A DNA stretch of 63,128 nt, the filler included, from Octopus bimaculoides (lineage: Eukaryota), in assembly GCF_001194135.2 (NCBI RefSeq). It is 3 parts of 3 records of this genome, joined end to end, with 100 filler letters (N's around TTAATTAATTAA, not from the genome) between each part and the next. Parts side by side here need not be neighbours in the genome. Positions count along the whole stretch, not along the records: positions 1 to 15,697 come from NC_068990.1; positions 15,798 to 35,355 come from NC_068982.1; 1 more part is not named here. One strand, 5' to 3'. Below the pieces are notes generated by a model. The model was given only the letters and a program-made list of their open reading frames with translations. It did not search any database and was not told the DNA's origin. Of the stretch, positions 13,430-26,685 are shown piece by piece (position 1 is the first letter of the stretch; each line of letters begins with the position of its first letter). The translations under genes and the position numbers were made by a program.

Positions 13430-14200
13430 TTCATTCTTCATAACTATCTGTGAACTTTCCAGACAGGCCGTAGAAATCATAGGGTCTTGAATCGAAGATG
13501 CAATGGCCATAGAAATTACAGGATCTTGAATCGAAGAATTCATCGATCCACGTTTTTCGCACCACGAAGTTGTTGAACGTAATGCATCGCAAACCCATGG
13601 AGAGCGACAGAAAATGGTAATAATCTGAATACGCAATGTCAGAAGAATACAGTTGGTGCAGTAGAACTTCCCAACAGTTCTCTTGAACAGCATGCCTGGT
13701 CAAATTATCGACGTGGCTCCAGCATTGTCGTGTTGAAGAAGCACGCCGTGTTGCCGTTGCATTTCATGAAAGTAACATCTATCATTGTTTTTAAGACATT
13801 TTAGCACACAGAACATTGCCTTGCATGCAAACAGTTCTGACTTGGTCCTATTAGCTTGTCAAACACTTCGTTTCTCTGCTTTATACTAATGTAATGACAC
13901 CAGTTTCATCACCGGTGATTATGTAGTAAAGACATATTTTTGTTTCCACGTGTATCGTGATGTCTAGCGAGCAGATTCGCTGCGATTGAGGAGCACTGAA
14001 GCATACCTCTTTCATGCAAAGCATGTGGCACTCATACACCAAGTTTTTAAAGCTTACAGATCGAGTAAATGTCGTGGGCGACGGTACAATGACATCACAC
14101 CAACTGCAGGGCCAATTCCTTGGTGGACTAGTTCATTTCCTTGTGGATGAACTCGTTTAATACAACCTTATTGAACTGAAAAAGTCAGTCGGAACACGAA
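13430..14200 (-). pseudogene. mariner (DD34D-type) transposase remnant
   Basis: IITGDETGV, LLQHDNA and WEVLLHQLYSSDIAYSDYYHF (cf. WEVLPHPPYSPDIAPSDYHLF), with stops and frameshifts. Confidence 0.8.
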
Positions 14201-14699
14201 GAGTCTAAAAAGTAGAATTTCTTCTACTTGAAGAGCGAAAAACCATTTCTGTGTAGTTCTTTCAGTTACAAAGTCTACTCCGTAGGCAGCACAAACCTCT
14301 TACGTCGCTTTGGTAGTCTGGAGCCTTCGAGGAGTGCGAAGGAAAGCAGTGACCGAAAATGCTTTCTTTGTGCTAAGTACTCTATCACGACACATCCGAA
14401 AACAGGTAGAATTTATTAAATTTTTTAAAACGTTAAAGAAAGCTGTAGACTAGACTCATAAAACACTAAGCTAACAACATTTTTTATTAAGTAAAGGAAA
14501 TTGGAAAGAAACGAGCGAATTTATCTGACAAAGCAATATATTACATACGTGCAAATTCATATAGAAACACATACACACATACATACAACCGCAACAAATA
14601 TATACATTTTCATATCTATACATGTGTGTCTCGAATGAGTGACTACTATGTGAGAGTTTGTGAGCCGGTTCCTGTGTTTCTATGCGTATCAACTTATAT

Positions 14700-14897
14700 T
14701 CTTTTGCTTGGTTCAGTCATTTAACTGTGGCCACGCTTGGGCACCGCCTTTAGTCGAGCAAATCGACACCAGGACTTATTCTTTGTAAGCCTAGTACTTA
14801 TTCTATCGGCCACTTTTGCCGAACAGCTATGTTACGGGCACGTAAACTCACCAGCATCGGTTGTCAAACGATATTTGGAGGAACAAACACAGACACA
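14700..14897 (-). mobile_element. SINE family A 3' half
   Basis: Matches 16700-16880 on the opposite strand (GATAGAATAAGTACTAGGCTTACAAAGAATAAGTCCTG). Confidence 0.85.
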
Positions 14898-14913
14898 CAA
14901 ATATATAAACACA

Positions 14914-14995
<82 letters not shown>

Positions 14996-15265
14996 NNNNN
15001 NNNNNNNNNNNNNNNNNNNNNNNNNNNNNNNNNNNNNNNNNNNNNNNNNNNNNNNNNNNNNNNNNNNNNNNNNNNNNNNNNNNNNNNNNNNNNNNNNNNN
15101 NNNNNNNNNNNNNNNNNNNNNNNNTACATATATTCATATATGTTTACATATATATGTATGTGTAAATATATGAATATATCTATGTAGGTATACATATATA
15201 TTGTATACATACATGCACGCGCTCACACGCGTGCTCACATACACATACTGACACACAAACACACA

Positions 15266-15306
<41 letters not shown>

Positions 15307-15349
15307 ACATACACATAAGCAAACATATATTCGTATGAAACCATGAAAA

Positions 15350-15560
15350 GAAATTACTGTCAGAATAATGTCAAAATCATCTGCATACATTTACATTCAT
15401 GATCGATATTATTGATGTCAACTTCCTGAGAAAATCAGGAATTTAGGGATGATAAAATATAATAGACTCTGTTATATTTCACCAAATACCAAATTCTAAT
15501 GACTTGCCATTTCAAAAGACCAAAGATTTGTGGGATTAGAAGATAACGGAAAAGCGAAAA
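15350..15560 (-). pseudogene. LINE RT fragment with YADD motif
   Basis: MYADDFDIIL with TATGCAGATGAT at 15388-15377; LSP.F.IF-like segment upstream. Confidence 0.45.
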
Positions 15561-15662
15561 AGCCTGTAAAGAAACCGACTGAAGACATTAGTCAAGGTTT
15601 CTTGCCACCAAAGAATACATATGTACATATGTATGTAGGCTGCATGTGTTTGGGCGCCTATA

Positions 15663-15697
<35 letters not shown>

Positions 15698-15797
15698 NNN
15701 NNNNNNNNNNNNNNNNNNNNNNNNNNNNNNNNNNNNNNNNNTTAATTAATTAANNNNNNNNNNNNNNNNNNNNNNNNNNNNNNNNNNNNNNNNNNNN
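15698..15797. other. Artificial 100-bp scaffold spacer (44N + TTAATTAATTAA + 44N)
   Basis: Identical structure at 35356-35455; the 12-mer has stops in all six frames. Confidence 0.9.
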
Positions 15798-15884
15798 AAA
15801 AAACATAAATACGATGTGTAAAAACACATGAAGATACATAAAAAGTAAATATATAAAAAGTAAATATTAAAAAAAAAGTAGTAA

Positions 15885-15940
<56 letters not shown>

Positions 15941-16481
15941 AAATGCATACATACATACACATCGAGTGACACAAATGTAATAAAATAAATTGTAAATTCT
16001 CTATGACTATCAATAAAACTTGAAAAATTTAAAAACAACATGTGAAAGAGACAGTTGCAGTAAGATTAATTATTTGAAATTTCTGAAAACTATGCACACA
16101 CCTATATTGGTGAGGATCTGGTTTTTAAAGACAACAGGTCAAAGTAACAGATAATTTTCAGTTATATTAGAAGTGAAGTTCTCAAGACTAAGTGTGATCA
16201 AATGTAAGGAAGGTTATGAGGTTGATAATGTATTCTAACAGATTGGATGAAGAGAAATAGTTCAAATGACTGCTCTACACTCTAAACAAAATTACTGTAG
16301 TATCTCAAATATGTGTAAATGAAACTTATCTTTCAAAAATTGCTTGACTATTCATCATCAACAGATACGAAATCCTAGTCTTAGACAGATTCCACTTAGA
16401 GAACATTAAAATTTATGTGCAATAAACAAATTCTCAAAATTCCAATTGCTCCCACCTTACAAATCGCAGATTAAACACAGT

Positions 16482-16880
16482 CAAGCTTGCTTACAAACCA
16501 CATAGTTCCGAGTTCAGTCCCACTGCGTGGCAACTTGGGCGAGTGTCTTCCACTATAGCCTCGGGCTGACCAAAGCCTTGTGAGTGAATTTGGTAGACGG
16601 AAACTGAAAGAAGCTCGTCGTATATATGTATATACATATGTGTGTGTGTGCGTGTATGCGTGTATATATATTTGTGTGTCTGTGTTTGTTCCCCCAGCAT
16701 CGCTTGACAACCGATGCTGGTGTGTTTACGTCCCCGTAACTTAGTGGTTCGGCAAAAGATACCGATAGAATAAGTACTAGGCTTACAAATAATAAGTCCT
16801 GGGGTCAATTTGCTCGACTAAAGGCGGTGCTCCAGCATGGCCACAGTCAAATGTCTGAAGAATAAAAGAATAAAAGAACA
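16482..16880 (+). mobile_element. SINE family A, near full length
   Basis: B-box-like GAGTTCAGTCCC, core GCCTTGTGAGTGAATTTGGTAGACGGAAACTGAAAGAAGC, internal (TA/TG)n, (GAATAAAA)n tail. Confidence 0.9.
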
Positions 16881-17340
16881 AGCAAAACAAGCAATAACGA
16901 TATATCGCAAAGACATAAAATCGCCAAGATATTACACTATTGTTGTTCTCACTTTCTCATACAAACACGTAGCCATATACACGATAACACACAGGACACA
17001 GTCATGACATGTGGCGAAATTATCTTCCATACTGCCACATGATCCTTAGACGATGACGCATTGCGCAGCTGTGGTTCATATTCTTACATGATGCACTCAA
17101 TGAAGTAACAAAGTTGTTCCTACGGTGTTGTGACTTAACATGCGTGGGGAACGAACTAAATTCTGTGTTTTATCTATAACTATATTCAACCAGTCACATC
17201 CTATCTTAGTTGATGGCAATTTGGACCATAACCAGTTTGAACTGGAAACCTTGAACCGATAAAGTTAATGTAAATAACTCTTCCTAATAACCCCAAGTAA
17301 ATTTTCGATTTTACACATGCATACACATGCATGTGTTCAT

Positions 17341-17376
<36 letters not shown>

Positions 17377-17639
17377 CGTGTGTGTGTGTNNNNNNNNNNN
17401 NNNNNNNNNNNNNNNNNNNNNNNNNNNNNNNNNNNNNNNNNNNNNNNNNNNNNNNNNNNNNNNNNNNNNNNNNNNNNNNNNNNNNNNNNNNNNNNNNNNN
17501 NNNNNNNNNNNNNNNNNNNNNNNNNNNNNNNNNNNNNNNNNNNNNNNNNNNNNNNNNNNNNNNNNNNNNNNNNNNNNNNNNNNNNNNNNNNNNNNNNNNN
17601 NNNNNNNNNNNNNNNNNNNNNNNNNNNNNNNNNNNNNNN

Positions 17640-17689
<50 letters not shown>

Positions 17690-18426
17690 GTAAATAATAC
17701 ATATAGATGCATAAATGTATATTACATATATATATGTATGTATGTATCTATATGAACACATTTTATATATTTTAGACTCTAAGCCATGGATCTTTTACTG
17801 TGTTAGAGATAGGCCCTGCGAAAAGCGCAGATACGCTCTCCGTAGGCCTTATCTATCACAATAAAGAATACACTCTATATAATTACGCATTCAGTTCTCA
17901 TTTAAACTATGGCCTTCACAGATTTATATTGGGCATATTCCATGCATTATAAATGTGTGTGCGCGCGCGCGTGGATGTATTCTTCTATTTAATATAGTAA
18001 AAAGGCATATTGCATTGTTGTTCAATGAATAAGCGAAAATTGCCTATGAAATGTATAAAGAGAATTGAAGGAAGAAATATCATTCTGTAAAAAAGATATC
18101 AATATGCGATATCCTATTGTGACAGTCTCTAGGAATGATAAGCACCTAATATTCATAGTTAAGTATATTAACTATATTGGATTGACTTGTGGGAGACCTA
18201 TGTAAGTATGAATAGGGATGTAAGTGTTTATAGAAAGAGATACTCCGTTGTGTGCGTGCGTGTGTGTGTGTGTGTGTGTGTGTGCGTATGTGTGTGTGTG
18301 TGCGTATGTGTGTGCGTGCGTGCGTGCGTGCGTGTGTGTGTGTGTGTGTGCGGTGTGTGTNNNNNNNNNNGAGGAGCTACGGTGACTCGAAGATCTACAG
18401 GTTCATGCTAATTATGCGCTTATCTC

Positions 18427-18487
<61 letters not shown>

Positions 18488-18531
18488 CTGATACATGCAT
18501 AAAATGCGTGTATGTTTTATTAACCGAGGAG

Positions 18532-18645
18532 CTACGGTGACTCAAGGGCCTTGAGATTCGTGCGTGCCAATGCACTTATCAAAGTTGATAAGTGCATTGA
18601 TATTTAGATACCTTTAGCACGGATGGATGTCATCAGCACTCGTAA
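18532..18645 (-). ncRNA. Variant type I hammerhead-like fold with long stem II
   Basis: Minus strand: UUACGAGUG-CUGAUGA-...-GAAU-CUCAAG/GCC/CUUGAG-U-CACCGUAG; perfect 15-bp hairpin (18568-18599) in the stem II region; 3' end repeated at 18371-18388. Confidence 0.45.
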
Positions 18646-18787
18646 CGGGTACGAACTAGCGGCCTCGCAGCTAGTCACTTAGGTTCTCTACTATTTTTTC
18701 CATTAACGGTTCCTTAAATACGTAAGCTATTGTATGTATGTGTGAGCATGTGTGTGCGTGTGTGTGTGTGTGTTGTATATGTGTGCG

Positions 18788-18839
<52 letters not shown>

Positions 18840-19364
18840 NNNNNNNNNNNNNNNNNNNNNNNNNNNNNNNNNNNNNNNNNNNNNNNNNNNNNNNNNNNNN
18901 NNNNNNNNNNNNNNNNNNNNNNNNNNNNNNNNNNNNNNNNNNNNNNNNNNNNNNNNNNNNNNNNNNNNNNNNNNNNNNNNNNNNNNNNNNNNNNNNNNNN
19001 NNNNNNNNNNNNNNNNNNNNNNNNNNNNNNNNNNNNNNNNNNNNNNNNNNNNNNNNNNNNNNNNNNNNNNNNNNNNNNNNNNNNNNNNNNNNNNNNNNNN
19101 NNCTGCTGCGTACTTCATCCTCCGTTTCCACTTTTATTCTTGGGTGGTCTTCTTGCATAGCATCAGGTCATCTCTAACCAAACATAAAGTTTGACCATAG
19201 ATATTCAAATTGCGACCATCACATTATTTTTTTTGTTTGTTTGTTTGTTTGTTTCTCAGATAACGCATATCTTCTGAGGGAGCAGCATATGATTAGTGAG
19301 GAGGGGGGGGCGACGATTTGACTCCCACGTTCTAGCAGGTCAAACGACTGCATAATGACTCACT

Positions 19365-19396
<32 letters not shown>

Positions 19397-19634
19397 CTGT
19401 GTGTCTGTATGTCTGTGTGTCTTTGTCCTTGAATGGTTAACAACAGCCAGGAGGATGAACTAGACATAGGTTGCGGATCGTATCGTGTGTTGTGGCCCAA
19501 GAGGGTTGAGAAGTTAGCAGTACAGGCGCGAAGAATATTACAAAAAGAAAGAAAAGAAGAATTTGAGTAGGAGAGTAGTCATAGCAACGAAATGCGGATA
19601 CTTACTATTATCTGTCTGTTTCTGCCTCATTTCA

Positions 19635-19680
<46 letters not shown>

Positions 19681-21062
19681 CACACACACACTCACAGGTG
19701 TATTTACAACATCATTTAAAGACAGTATCAACAACAACAGCAAGTGGGATGAGGGATTAAGTAAGTTGAAGGATTTTTGTGCCCTACTGTCAAACCTATT
19801 GTAACAGCTGCTATCATCATCATCATCATCATTTTTAGAAAAGCGGTTGGATCTAGTTTAAAACGGGGGCACCAGTATTTTCTTAACGAAACACTGACGA
19901 AACACTTTGAAACTTGGGACACTGGTAGAATGTGTCATATAAAACATCTTTTACTCTTAGTCTTCTTAACAAAAAAAAGGAATTCGCAAGTTATTCCATG
20001 TTAAAGTTGTCGTATTTCTGTAATTTCAATCAATCACTGACGTCTATTCAGCTGAATAGAGTTACTGCTGGGCGGTCATAAAAATGTTATTCCCTGTTAC
20101 ATATTTCATCCGGTTTAATCGTAATTTATACGCATATATTGTTTATATAATAAATTACGCTGTGCGTATCTATGTGTGTAACAATTTTAGAGTTCGGATT
20201 CTAGNNNNNNNNNNNNNNNNNNNNNNNNNNNNNNNNNNNNNNNNNNNNNNNNNNNNNNNNNNNNNNNNNNNNNNNNNNNNNNNNNNNNNNNNNNNNNNNN
20301 NNNNNNNNNNNNNNNNNNNNNNNNNNNNNNNNNNNNNNNNNNNNNNNNNNNNNNNNNNNNNNNNNNNNNNNNNNNNNNNNNNNNNNNNNNNNNNNNNNNN
20401 NNNNNNNNNNNNNNNNNNNNNNNNNNNNNNNNNNNNNNNNNNNNNNNNNNNNNNNNNNNNNNNNNNNNNNNNNNNNNNNNNNNNNNNNNNNNNNNNNNNN
20501 NNNNNNNNNNNNNNNNNNNNNNNNNNNNNNNNNNNNNNNNNNNNNNNNNNNNNNNNNNNNNNNNNNNNNNNNNNNNNNNNNNNNNNNNNNNNNNNNNNNN
20601 NNNNNNNNNNNNNNNNNNNNNNNNNNNNNNNNNNNNNNNNNNNNNNNNNNNNNNNNNNNNNNNNNNNNNNNNNNNNNNNNNNNNNNNNNNNNNNNNNNNN
20701 NNNNNNNNNNNNNNNNNNNNNNNNNNNNNNNNNNNNNNNNNNNNNNNNNNNNNNNNNNNNNNNNNNNNNNNNNNNNNNNNNNNNNNNNNNNNNNNNNNNN
20801 NNNNNNNNNNNNNNNNNNNNNNNNNNNNNNNNNNNNNNNNNNNNNNNNNNNNNNNNNNNNNNNNNNNNNNNNNNNNNNNNNNNNNNNNNNNNNNNNNNNN
20901 NNNNNNNNNNNNNNNNNNNNNNNNNNNNNNNNNNNNNNNNNNNNNNNNNNNNNNNNNNNNNNNNNNNNNNNNNNNNNNNNNNNNNNNNNNNNNNNNNNNN
21001 NNNNNNNNNNNNNNNNNNNNNNNNNNNNNNNNNNNNNNNNNNNNNNNNNNNNNNNNNNNNNN

Positions 21063-21660
21063 CTTTAAAACTTCGTATACTTGTATATTTTGTCTTATAG
21101 AACAGAGAAAAAATTTTATATTCGAAGTTATTTCATGTTAAAAGTTGTCGTATTTCGGTAATTTCAACCAATTGCTGACGTCTATTGAGGTGAAAACAAT
21201 TACTGCTGTGGTTTGTCAACAACACGTTCTGCCGGTGTAATGGGATCTTTTCCCTTGAATAAAATTGCTGCCGTTGTTTGTCAACAACAACTATCAGCGG
21301 TACTGTTATTTATGACATCGTTCGTGCGTTTGTACTGGTTTTAGCTTTAGGGATTTAGGGTTAGGGTTAGGGTTAGGGTTTTAGGGTTAGGGCTAGGGTT
21401 AGGGTTATGAGTATTTTTGCCAAATTTGGTGAAAAATTTGTGGCGGTGTGTTGAACAGATTGAACAGATTCAGCCATTTCTGAAAATTGTAGAATGATTA
21501 TTTTCTTACAGACAATTTTTTAAATTCACTTTATCATCGAGCAATTTTATCCTAAATAAAGAACATGTAATTTCATAAAGCTTAGCAAGCGATGCAGCGG
21601 CAGCGTTCTAACACTGTTTCTACCACGATCTTTCGATTTCACAATAGGAAATTACACGTA
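21063..21660 (+). repeat. Interspersed repeat carrying an internal (TTAGGG)n tract
   Basis: Degenerate TTAGGG run at ~21345-21406; 21137-21205 is similar to 20001-20070. Confidence 0.7.
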
Positions 21661-22433
21661 ATCAATTATATATTGCGTTGAGTAGAGTTGGGGCTCCACC
21701 AGATAGGATTTTTATCAATTTCTTTTTTTCTGTGTCAACTTTTATTTTATCTTATTTCATTTTATTTATCTGGATGGATGGATGGATGGATGGATGGATG
21801 GATAGATGGACAGGCAAGTGAGTTTCCTGATCCTAAGTAACCACACTCATATCCTGCAGCTCATATCTCGATCACTCACTCACCCGCTGCCCTAGATCTG
21901 CAAAGAGTAAACAGTCACGTTAGATAATCTCTTGCTGTTCAGTTTTGCCCAGAAAGCTGTGCAATGTATTACTTTACAGCTTTTGAGGTGAGTGACTAAA
22001 AATTTCTTTTAGAGCTGGACGAGTTCGTAAATGATTTTATCACTTGACACAAGAGTATCACAACCATCTAGGATTTTTCGATTGACTAATTGGAACTGTC
22101 TATGACTTTATGCCATAGAAAAAAACCCGACTCACTAGGAACACGAAAGTAATTGATTTGTAAGGGATCAGCTTAAATTAAATGTTCATATAGTTACAGT
22201 ACAGACATCCGTGACTGGTGAGAGAGTAGTACTTGGTAACAAGTACCATGCATTCGCTAATTGTTATAACTGCTTATGTAATCAAAAGCAGACATAGACA
22301 TCCACTCGGCTTCGTCATCCTTGACGCAGTTGCTGGAGGATTAACTCTGCTGGCATCAGCTTGGCATTCATTTTCAATGGAGTATTCTGTGACTGCTACG
22401 AATTATAACAGATATGAGAAAATATGTAATCAG

Positions 22434-22895
22434 GTGCAGGAGAGGCTGAGTGGTAAGAAATTTGTTTTCCAACCACATAGTTCTGGGTTCAGTCCCACTG
22501 CGTAGCACTTTGGTCGAATGTCTTCTACTACAGCACCGGAGTGCAAAAAGCCTTGTGAACAGATTTGATTGACGGAAAGTGAAAGAAAACCGCCGAAAAC
22601 ATGTATGTATGTATGTATGTATGTATGTATTGTATATGTATGTATGTGTGTGTGCGTGCGCATGTGAGTATCTATGTGTGTATGTCTTTGTGTTTGTTCC
22701 CCACCACAGCTTGATAAACGGTGTTGGTTTCTTTGCGTCACCGTAACTTAGCGGTTCTGATAAAGAGGCGTTAGAACAAGTAAGTATCAGGCTTTAAAAT
22801 AAATAAGTCCTGGGAATAATTTTCTGGCTAAAAACCCTTCAAGACTGTGCCCCAACATGGCAACATTCCAATGGTTAATACGGGCAAAAGATAAA
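22434..22895 (+). mobile_element. SINE family A, full length, diverged
   Basis: GCAGGAGAGGCTGAGTGGTAAG head, GGGTTCAGTCCC B-box, (TATG)n spacer, 3' half as in other copies. Confidence 0.85.
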
Positions 22896-23146
22896 AGTAT
22901 ATTATTTTGCATTTAATTTTCTTTGAGGGGACAAGGTGAATGCTTTATCTACTGAAAGTGAGTAAATTTGGCAGCTAGCTACATAATTGTATCAGGTGTC
23001 GGAATATATTCGACCTTCACCAGCACCTCCGCCATCATCTACACAACGACCAATTTATCTCTAGGTGGACGTTGTTTATTAAGGGGTACCTTTCACGACA
23101 TTTCATACACAACTGCACCAAAGTTACCCCCAAGTGTCAAAACGAT

Positions 23147-23268
23147 CTACTACTACTACTACTACTACTACTAGTAGTAGTAGTAGTAGTAGATGTTGTT
23201 GTTGTTGTTGTTGTTGCTGTATCAACAAAATGACAGTATTAATAATGGTGATGACAACGACGGTGATC

Positions 23269-23314
<46 letters not shown>

Positions 23315-23407
23315 AGAAGAAGAAGAAGAAGAAGAAGAAGAAGAAGAATGATGATGATGATGATGATAACGATAACAATGATAATAATGATAATAATAAT
23401 AATGATG

Positions 23408-23482
<75 letters not shown>

Positions 23483-23500
23483 GCAATAGTAACAATACAA
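23147..23500. repeat. Compound (CTA)(TAG)(GTT)(AAT)(GAA)(GAT)(AAT)n array
   Basis: Directly visible. Confidence 0.95.
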
Positions 23501-23885
23501 CAATAACAATTCGGCCGTTTGTCATTCATCATTTCTGCTACCTGTTAATATGTAAGGTAACGGTATCTATAAGAATTGTCTTCATTAGTCAACTTAGCTT
23601 ACTCAAAATAAATAATAGGGTCGAGAAGATTACTAATGGCATTTGCTTGACAACCATATTATATAGGTTACATACCGTTGGAACTGGGGCCCGGTGCTTA
23701 TCCTATTCATATCCTGGCTATCATTTACTGAGAGACTACAGAGGATTAGAAACATGGACAGGGAAAACAAGAGGTGGGGGAGGAAATGGTATGACAGAAC
23801 GCAATGTCGACTGCGGTAACGTAATCAGGAAGACGAGAATATGTGTGTGTGTGTATATGTGTATGCATACAATATAAATACATGT

Positions 23886-23938
<53 letters not shown>

Positions 23939-24704
23939 NNNNNNNNNNNNNNNNNNNNNNNNNNNNNNNNNNNNNNNNNNNNNNNNNNNNNNNNNNNNNN
24001 NNNNNNNNNNNNNNNNNNNNNNNNNNNNNNNNNNNNNNNNNNNNNNNNNNNNNNNNNNNNNNNNNNNNNNNNNNNNNNNNNNNNNNNNNNNNNNNNNNNN
24101 NNNNNNNNNNNNNNNNNNNNNNNNNNNNNNNNNNNNNNNNNNNNNNNNNNNNNNNNNNNNNNNNNNNNNNNNNNNNNNNNNNNNNNNNNNNNNNNNNNNN
24201 NNNNNNNNNNNNNNNNNNNNNNNNNNNNNNNNNNNNNNNNNNNNNNNNNNNNNNNNNNNNNNNNNNNNNNNNNNNNNNNNNNNNNNNNNNNNNNNNNNNN
24301 NNNNNNNNNNNNNNNNNNNNNNNNNNNNNNNNNNNNNNNNNNNNNNNNNNNNNNNNNNNNNNNNNNNNNNNNNNNNNNNNNNNNNNNNNNNNNNNNNNNN
24401 NNNNNNNNNNNNNNNNNNNNNNNNNNNNNNNNNNNNNNNNNNNNNNNNNNNNNNNNNNNNNNNNNNNNNNNNNNNNNNNNNNNNNNNNNNNNNNNNNNNN
24501 NNNNNNNNNNNNNNNNNNNNNNNNNNNNNNNNNNNNNNNNNNNNNNNNNNNNNNNNNNNNNNNNNNNNNNNNNNNNNNNNNNNNNNNNNNNNNNNNNNNN
24601 NNNNNNNNNNNNNNNNNNNNNNNNNNNNNNNNNNNNNNNNNNNNNNNNNNNNNNNNNNNNNNNNNNNNNNNNNATATATATATATATATATATATCCAAA
24701 TCCA

Positions 24705-24812
24705 CTAATATGGACCGAGACTATAGAAGCCACTTGCTCAAGCTGCCACGCAGTGGGATTGAACCCGGAACCATGTGGTTCGGAACCAAGCTTCTTACCA
24801 CACAGCCACGCT
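24705..24812 (-). mobile_element. SINE family A head
   Basis: GTGGCTGTGTGGTAAGAAGCTTGG..CCGGGTTCAATCCCACTGCGTGGCA. Confidence 0.85.
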
Positions 24813-25112
24813 TGCACCTATATGCGCGCGCGCGTGTGTGTGTGTATGTATGTGTGCGTAATATATGTTTATGTAAATGTATATATATATATGTACATAT
24901 ACAATATATATGTGTACGTATGTATAATACAAATAATATATATATATATGCATATATGGGTAAAGGACGTCACCAACAGTAAACAACATAAAATGCGAAA
25001 ACAAATGAGTTAAACACGCAAATAACAAGGAAAAAAAGGGATTAGTAATACAAAGAATGACCCTTCATCATTTGTCTGCTGTGTAGCTACTCCCCATTTC
25101 GAGCAATCAACA

Positions 25113-25230
<118 letters not shown>

Positions 25231-25899
25231 GCACATTATTTTGAATCTGTAAACACAGTTAGAACTATTTCGGAATATTTCTTTGTAATTCCCACGTTTA
25301 GATCTAATTTTCTGCATAAAAGTTAAAATAATTTTCTCCGAAAACAGCCATGAAGCTAAGCAGTGTAGCTTAAAATAAGAACTGGGTCAATTTGTTTGAC
25401 TAAACCTTTCAAGATGGCGCCCCAACACGGTCGCATTCCAGTGACTGAAACATGTAAAAAAAAAATAGTTATTCGTCAACACTAAAACTGTCTTAACAAT
25501 AGTAATCTTCCTTAATATTGTGCGGTTTACTCATATGACATTCAAGATATGAAAATGTCACTAGTTTTTTTTTTTATTCTTTTTATGTGAGTAAATAAAT
25601 AAGTCACGTAATTTGCGTAACGAGTTAGTCGAATGTCTGACGCGTTTTTTTCAATTTTTTACTTTTTTTTCTAGGTTACAAATGAAATTTTGATGACTGA
25701 TATTTCTGCATATTGATCTTTATATGTTGTCACGCTGCTTCTTTAACTCGTATGTTTTTATAAACGACGCCGTGAAACTCAGATTGAAGACTCAGGGAGC
25801 TTCAGATTTTAATTTACAGTCTACATTACGTAATCTTTTATCTTTCATTTTAGACTACAGCATCACCTTGAAGGGATTTAATCTAACAAATCGACCCCA

Positions 25900-26460
25900 G
25901 TACTAATTTTTGGGGGCCTTTTACTTATTCTGTCAGGTTCTTTTGCTGAACTGCTAAGCTACGGAGACGTAAAGAAGCCAATAGCGGTTGTCAGTCGGTG
26001 GTGAGGGATAAGCACAAACACAAAGATACACACACATAGATAAATGCATGTGGTGAGGTGTTTTATATGTGTGTGTGTCTGTGTTTGTCCTCTCACCATC
26101 GCTTGACAACCGATGCTGGTGAGTTTATGTCACCGTAACGTAGCGGTTCGACAAAAAATACCGATAGAATAAGTACTAGGCTTACAAAAGGTAAGTTCTG
26201 GGGCCGATTTTTTCGACTAAAACCCTTTAAGGCGTTGCTCCAGTGTGGCAGCAGTCAAATGTCTGAAACAAGTAAAAGAATAGAACAATAAAGAATATAT
26301 ACGACGGGCTTCTTTCAGTTTCCATCTACCAAATACACTCACAAGGATTTGGTCGGCGCAGGGACATTATAGAAGACACTTGCCGAAGGTGTCATGTAGT
26401 GGGACGGAACCCAGAACCATGTGGCTGGGAAGCAATCTTCTTACCATATAGCCACTCAGT
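25900..26460. mobile_element. SINE family A fragments in mixed orientation
   Basis: 3' half minus (~25900-26030), 3' half plus (~26070-26285), head minus (~26300-26456). Confidence 0.8.
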
Positions 26461-26504
26461 AAACACAAACGCTCACTGATTTATAATTCAATCTGTGTTT
26501 ATTG

Positions 26505-26685
26505 TCGCCTGACTACGTTCTGCGATCAAATTCCGGCGTGGTCGACTTTGCCTTTCATCCTTTTCGGGGACGATAAATTAAGTACCAGTTGCGTTCTGGG
26601 GTCGATCTAATCGATTGCACCCCCACCCCCACCACCCCACCTCTCCAAAAGATTTCGGGCATTGTGCCTAGAGTAGAAAAGAATC
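26505..26685 (+). mobile_element. SINE family B copy (5'-truncated)
   Basis: GGTCGACTTTGCCTTTCATCC..TTGTGCCTAGAGTAGAAAAGAAT tail. Confidence 0.85.

Noticed and set aside
15742-15753. TTAATTAATTAA island between N runs (also 35400-35411)
   Set aside because: Exact 44N+12+44N structure occurs twice; an assembly spacer, not genomic sequence
17008-17041. 8-bp hairpin CATGTGGC/GCCACATG (similar nested hairpin at 17808-17856)
   Set aside because: Short, single and without a recognisable motif; expected by chance
21950-21995. Strong AG|GTGAGT donor
   Set aside because: The upstream segment is closed in all three frames and no supporting exon was found
25440-25460. GAAACATGTA palindrome in a SINE A tail (also 55608)
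   Set aside because: No CUGANGA upstream; mutated SINE sequence
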